A DNA stretch of 32,000 nt from Aliivibrio fischeri ES114 (GTDB taxonomy: Bacteria > Pseudomonadota > Gammaproteobacteria > Enterobacterales > Vibrionaceae): NCBI RefSeq assembly GCF_000011805.1, contig NC_006840.2; one strand, given 5' to 3'. Under the pieces are notes generated by a model. The model was not told where the DNA came from and ran no database searches. It saw only the letters and a list, made by a program, of their open reading frames with translations. Shown here in pieces: positions 29,290 to 32,000 of this stretch (its first letter is position 1; every line of letters starts with the position of its first letter). The translations under genes were made by a program, and so were the position numbers.

Positions 29290-30546
29290 ATGAGCCTGCT
29301 AATGAGTTTGGTTGGGATCGTGGTACTGCTGGGTATAGCTGTACTTCTTTCTGATAACCGTAAAGCAATCAATCTACGCACAGTCGGTGGCGCTTTTGCT
29401 ATCCAATTCTTCTTAGGCGCATTTGTACTTTATGTACCTGTGGGTCGTGATGTACTTTATGGTGCATCGGAAGCTGTTGCTAACGTAATTAACTACGGTA
29501 ACCAAGGTATCGAATTCTTATTCGGTGGTTTAGTTTCTGGTAAAATGTTCGAAGTATTTGGTGGCGGCGGTTTCGTATTCGCACTACGTGTACTTCCTGT
29601 AATCGTATTCTTTGCTTCTTTAACTGCTGTTCTTTACTACCTAGGTATCATGCAAATCGTGATTAACTTCCTAGGTGGCGCACTGCAGAAAGCACTTGGC
29701 ACATCTCGTGCGGAATCACTATCTGCTACAGCTAACATCTTTGTTGGTCAAACAGAAGCGCCGCTAGTTGTGCGTCCGTTTGTTCCAAAAATGACTCAAT
29801 CTGAGCTATTTGCAGTAATGTGTGGTGGTCTAGCATCTGTTGCTGGTGGTGTACTAGCTGGTTATGCATCTATGGGCGTGCCTCTAGAGTACCTAATCGC
29901 AGCATCATTCATGGCTGCACCAGGTGGTCTTCTATTCGCTAAAATTATTAAACCAGAAACAGAGCAACCAATTGAGCAACTAGATGCTCTAAATAACGAA
30001 GGTGATGATAAACCAGCTAACGTTATTGATGCTGCTGCTGCTGGTGCTGCAACAGGTATGCAACTTGCGTTAAACGTAGGTGCGATGCTTCTTGCATTCA
30101 TCGGTTTAATCGCTCTAATCAATGGTATCTTAGGTGGTATCGGTGGTTGGTTCGATATGCCTCATATCACTTTAGAACTGATTCTAGGTTACATCTTTGC
30201 TCCTTTAGCATTCTTAATCGGTGTTCCATGGGAAGAAGCAACAATTGCTGGTTCATTCCTTGGTCAAAAACTGGTAGTTAACGAATTCGTTGCATACCTA
30301 AACTTTGCACCTTACCTAGCTAATGGCGCAGAAGTGGTTCTTTCTGAGAAAACAGAAGCAATCATCTCATTCGCACTATGTGGTTTCGCAAACCTTTCTT
30401 CTGTAGCGATTCTACTTGGTGGTCTAGGTAGCCTTGCACCAGCACGTCGTCATGACATCGCTCGCATGGGTATGAAAGCGGTTGCTGCTGGTACATTATC
30501 AAACCTAATGTCTGCAACAATTGCAGGTCTATTCCTATCTCTATAA
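29290..30546 (+). CDS. nupC: Concentrative nucleoside transporter, NupC family
   Basis: 418 aa polytopic membrane protein. Long identical runs to V. cholerae vcCNT as I recall it (NRKAINLRTVGGAFAIQF, GTSRAES, NIFVGQTEAPLVVRPFVPKMTQSELFAVMCGGLAS, FALCGFANLSS). Confidence 0.93.
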   Translation: MSLLMSLVGIVVLLGIAVLLSDNRKAINLRTVGGAFAIQFFLGAFVLYVPVGRDVLYGASEAVANVINYGNQGIEFLFGGLVSGKMFEVFGGGGFVFALRVLPVIVFFASLTAVLYYLGIMQIVINFLGGALQKALGTSRAESLSATANIFVGQTEAPLVVRPFVPKMTQSELFAVMCGGLASVAGGVLAGYASMGVPLEYLIAASFMAAPGGLLFAKIIKPETEQPIEQLDALNNEGDDKPANVIDAAAAGAATGMQLALNVGAMLLAFIGLIALINGILGGIGGWFDMPHITLELILGYIFAPLAFLIGVPWEEATIAGSFLGQKLVVNEFVAYLNFAPYLANGAEVVLSEKTEAIISFALCGFANLSSVAILLGGLGSLAPARRHDIARMGMKAVAAGTLSNLMSATIAGLFLSL

Positions 30547-30576
30547 TCGTATAGAGCAGAACAGATAATCATTATA

Positions 30577-30604
30577 AAACCCGCATTATGTGCGGGTTTT
30601 TTTA
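30577..30604 (+). terminator. Rho-independent terminator after nupC
   Basis: AAACCCGCA-ttatg-TGCGGGTTTTTTTTAT. Confidence 0.8.
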
Positions 30605-30674
30605 TGTCTGTTACTCATGAAAAAGTGTGATGAATAAATGCGCTAAAATCACATTTTTTATGCAAAAAGTTTGA

Positions 30675-30733
30675 GATGCAAACCGATTGCGTTACCACAC
30701 AAAAACAATCAAGCAAAATTATATTGATATAAT
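30675..30733 (+). promoter_or_regulatory. Candidate CytR-type operator plus extended -10 promoter ahead of the XapX-like ORF and deoC
   Basis: gATGCAAa-ccg-aTTGCgTT (30675..30693) is two inverted 6/8 matches to the E. coli CytR octamer GTTGCATT, with a 3-bp spacer. TGaTATAAT lies at 30725..30733. Confidence 0.3.
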
Positions 30734-30831
30734 GAATCCATAATAAAAGAGAGAAGAACTGCTAGGTTAAAAAAACGAGCTATGGTCTACACTGTAGTTA
30801 AAGCACACATAACCTAAAATGAGAGTCAATT

Positions 30832-31002
30832 ATGAATGAAGTTTTACTATCTATGTTCGCAGGTTTGATTGTTGGAGTTGTTTTCTCTGCAATTAAACTG
30901 CCTATTCCTGCGCCTCCAGTTCTTTCTGGTGTGATGGGGATTGTCGGCGTTTACGCTGGCGCAGTAGGTTATCAATGGATTGTTGAACGTTTCTTTTCAT
31001 AA
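30832..31002 (+). CDS. Small membrane protein, XapX-domain-like (56 aa)
   Basis: Below the ORF-track cutoff. GAGAG lies about 6 nt before the ATG. Hand translation: MNEVLLSMFAGLIVGVVFSAIKLPIPAPPVLSGVMGIVGVYAGAVGYQWIVERFFS. Two hydrophobic helices flank a PxPAPP turn, the pattern I associate with XapX-domain proteins found near nucleoside catabolism genes. Confidence 0.6.
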   Translation: MNEVLLSMFAGLIVGVVFSAIKLPIPAPPVLSGVMGIVGVYAGAVGYQWIVERFFS

Positions 31003-31278
31003 TCTCAGTGTCTTTCTCTGGAAACATTGTTTCTCTAGTGCCTCAAAAGAAGTATTGATAAGATGAAGCAATGTTTCAACGGTGTCTCATGATGAGACGT
31101 TAATAAAATCAGTATTTTATTTATTAGAAAATGGAATAAATACTGGCGGCAAAATGGATATTGATTGGGTTTAATATATTGCCCAATTCTTCAAGGAATC
31201 AAGTCCGCTCATTTGCTGTTGAACGTACTTAACCTGAACAGCAAAACTATCAAAGAATTCTATCTATCGGAGATAACA

Positions 31279-32000
31279 ATGAGCGATTTAAAAGCAGCTG
31301 CACTACGTGCATTAAAGTTGATGGATTTAACAACACTAAACGATAACGATACAGACGAAGCGGTAATTGCACTTTGTAAAAATGCAAAAACAGCAGTAGG
31401 TAATACAGCAGCTGTATGTATCTACCCTCGTTTTATTCCTATCGCTAAGAAAACGCTGCGCGAACAAGGCACACCAGAAGTACGCATTGCAACAGTAACT
31501 AACTTCCCTCACGGTAATGATGATATTGAGATTGCTGTTGCTGAAACAAAAGCAGCGGTTGCTTATGGTGCAGATGAAGTTGATGTGGTTTTCCCATATC
31601 GTGCTCTTATTGCTGGTGATGAAACAACAGGTTTTGAACTAGTTAAGCAATGTAAAGAAGCATGTGGTGATGTTCTTCTTAAAGTAATCATCGAAACTGG
31701 TGAATTAAAAGAAGAAGCATTAATCAAAAAAGCATCTCAAATCTGTATTGAAGCTGGTGCTAACTTTATTAAAACCTCAACAGGTAAAGTGCCAGTAAAT
31801 GCTACACCTGAATATGCTCGTATGATGCTTGAAGTTATCCGTGATATGGATGTAGCTAAAACAGTTGGTTTTAAACCTGCTGGCGGCGTTCGTACTGCTG
31901 AAGATGCACAAGCATACCTAGCGATGGCTGATGATATTCTTGGTGGCGATTGGGCTGATAACATGCACTACCGTTTTGGTGCATCAAGCCTACTGACTAA
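31279..32000 (+). CDS. deoC: Deoxyribose-phosphate aldolase, class I (C-terminus beyond the window end)
   Basis: Absent from the ORF track because it is truncated. [27 protein letters not shown]...[14 protein letters not shown]...[13 protein letters not shown]...FIKTSTGK...[14 protein letters not shown] is colinear with E. coli DeoC. GGAGA precedes the ATG. Confidence 0.95.
   Translation, partial: MSDLKAAALRALKLMDLTTLNDNDTDEAVIALCKNAKTAVGNTAAVCIYPRFIPIAKKTLREQGTPEVRIATVTNFPHGNDDIEIAVAETKAAVAYGADEVDVVFPYRALIAGDETTGFELVKQCKEACGDVLLKVIIETGELKEEALIKKASQICIEAGANFIKTSTGKVPVNATPEYARMMLEVIRDMDVAKTVGFKPAGGVRTAEDAQAYLAMADDILGGDWADNMHYRFGASSLLT

Noticed and set aside
30626-30653. TGTGA ... TCACA inverted repeat that looked like a CRP site downstream of nupC.
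   Set aside because: The halves are 18 nt apart rather than 6. Neither half has an acceptable partner at the correct spacing, so at best these are isolated half-sites.

Overview
AT-rich gammaproteobacterial chromosome, most consistent with Vibrionaceae: an OmpU-type porin sits between dacB and greA. Nearly all of it is conserved housekeeping sequence. In order: dacB (partial), ompU-like porin, greA, yhbY, rlmE-ftsH-folP-glmM, secG-tRNA-Leu(GAG), then the tRNA-fMet-rimP-nusA-infB-rbfA-truB-rpsO-pnp cluster, and nlpI. Next comes the O2-independent ubiquinone locus, ubiV-ubiU (minus strand) and ubiT-yhbS (plus strand), split by a PAS-PAS-GGDEF-EAL gene. After an orphan exported protein come holD-rimI, prfC, a TatD/YjjV hydrolase, a NupC-family nucleoside transporter, a small XapX-like membrane ORF and deoC (partial). 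Most operons end in clear Rho-independent terminators. I saw no CRISPR array, IS element, integrase, toxin-antitoxin pair or defence-island-like cluster, and I cannot support a claim of a novel multi-gene system here. Worth a second look: (1) a compensated -1/+1 frameshift in truB that replaces the conserved KGTYIRT pocket motif while leaving it encoded out of frame; (2) an unannotated 37-codon ORF joined to the TatD gene by a TAATG overlap; (3) the c-di-GMP gene inserted in the ubiUV/ubiT divergon, with an FNR-like box at -41.5 of ubiT; (4) tandem CRP sites 52 bp apart upstream of nupC, and a CytR-like operator upstream of the XapX-like ORF and deoC.
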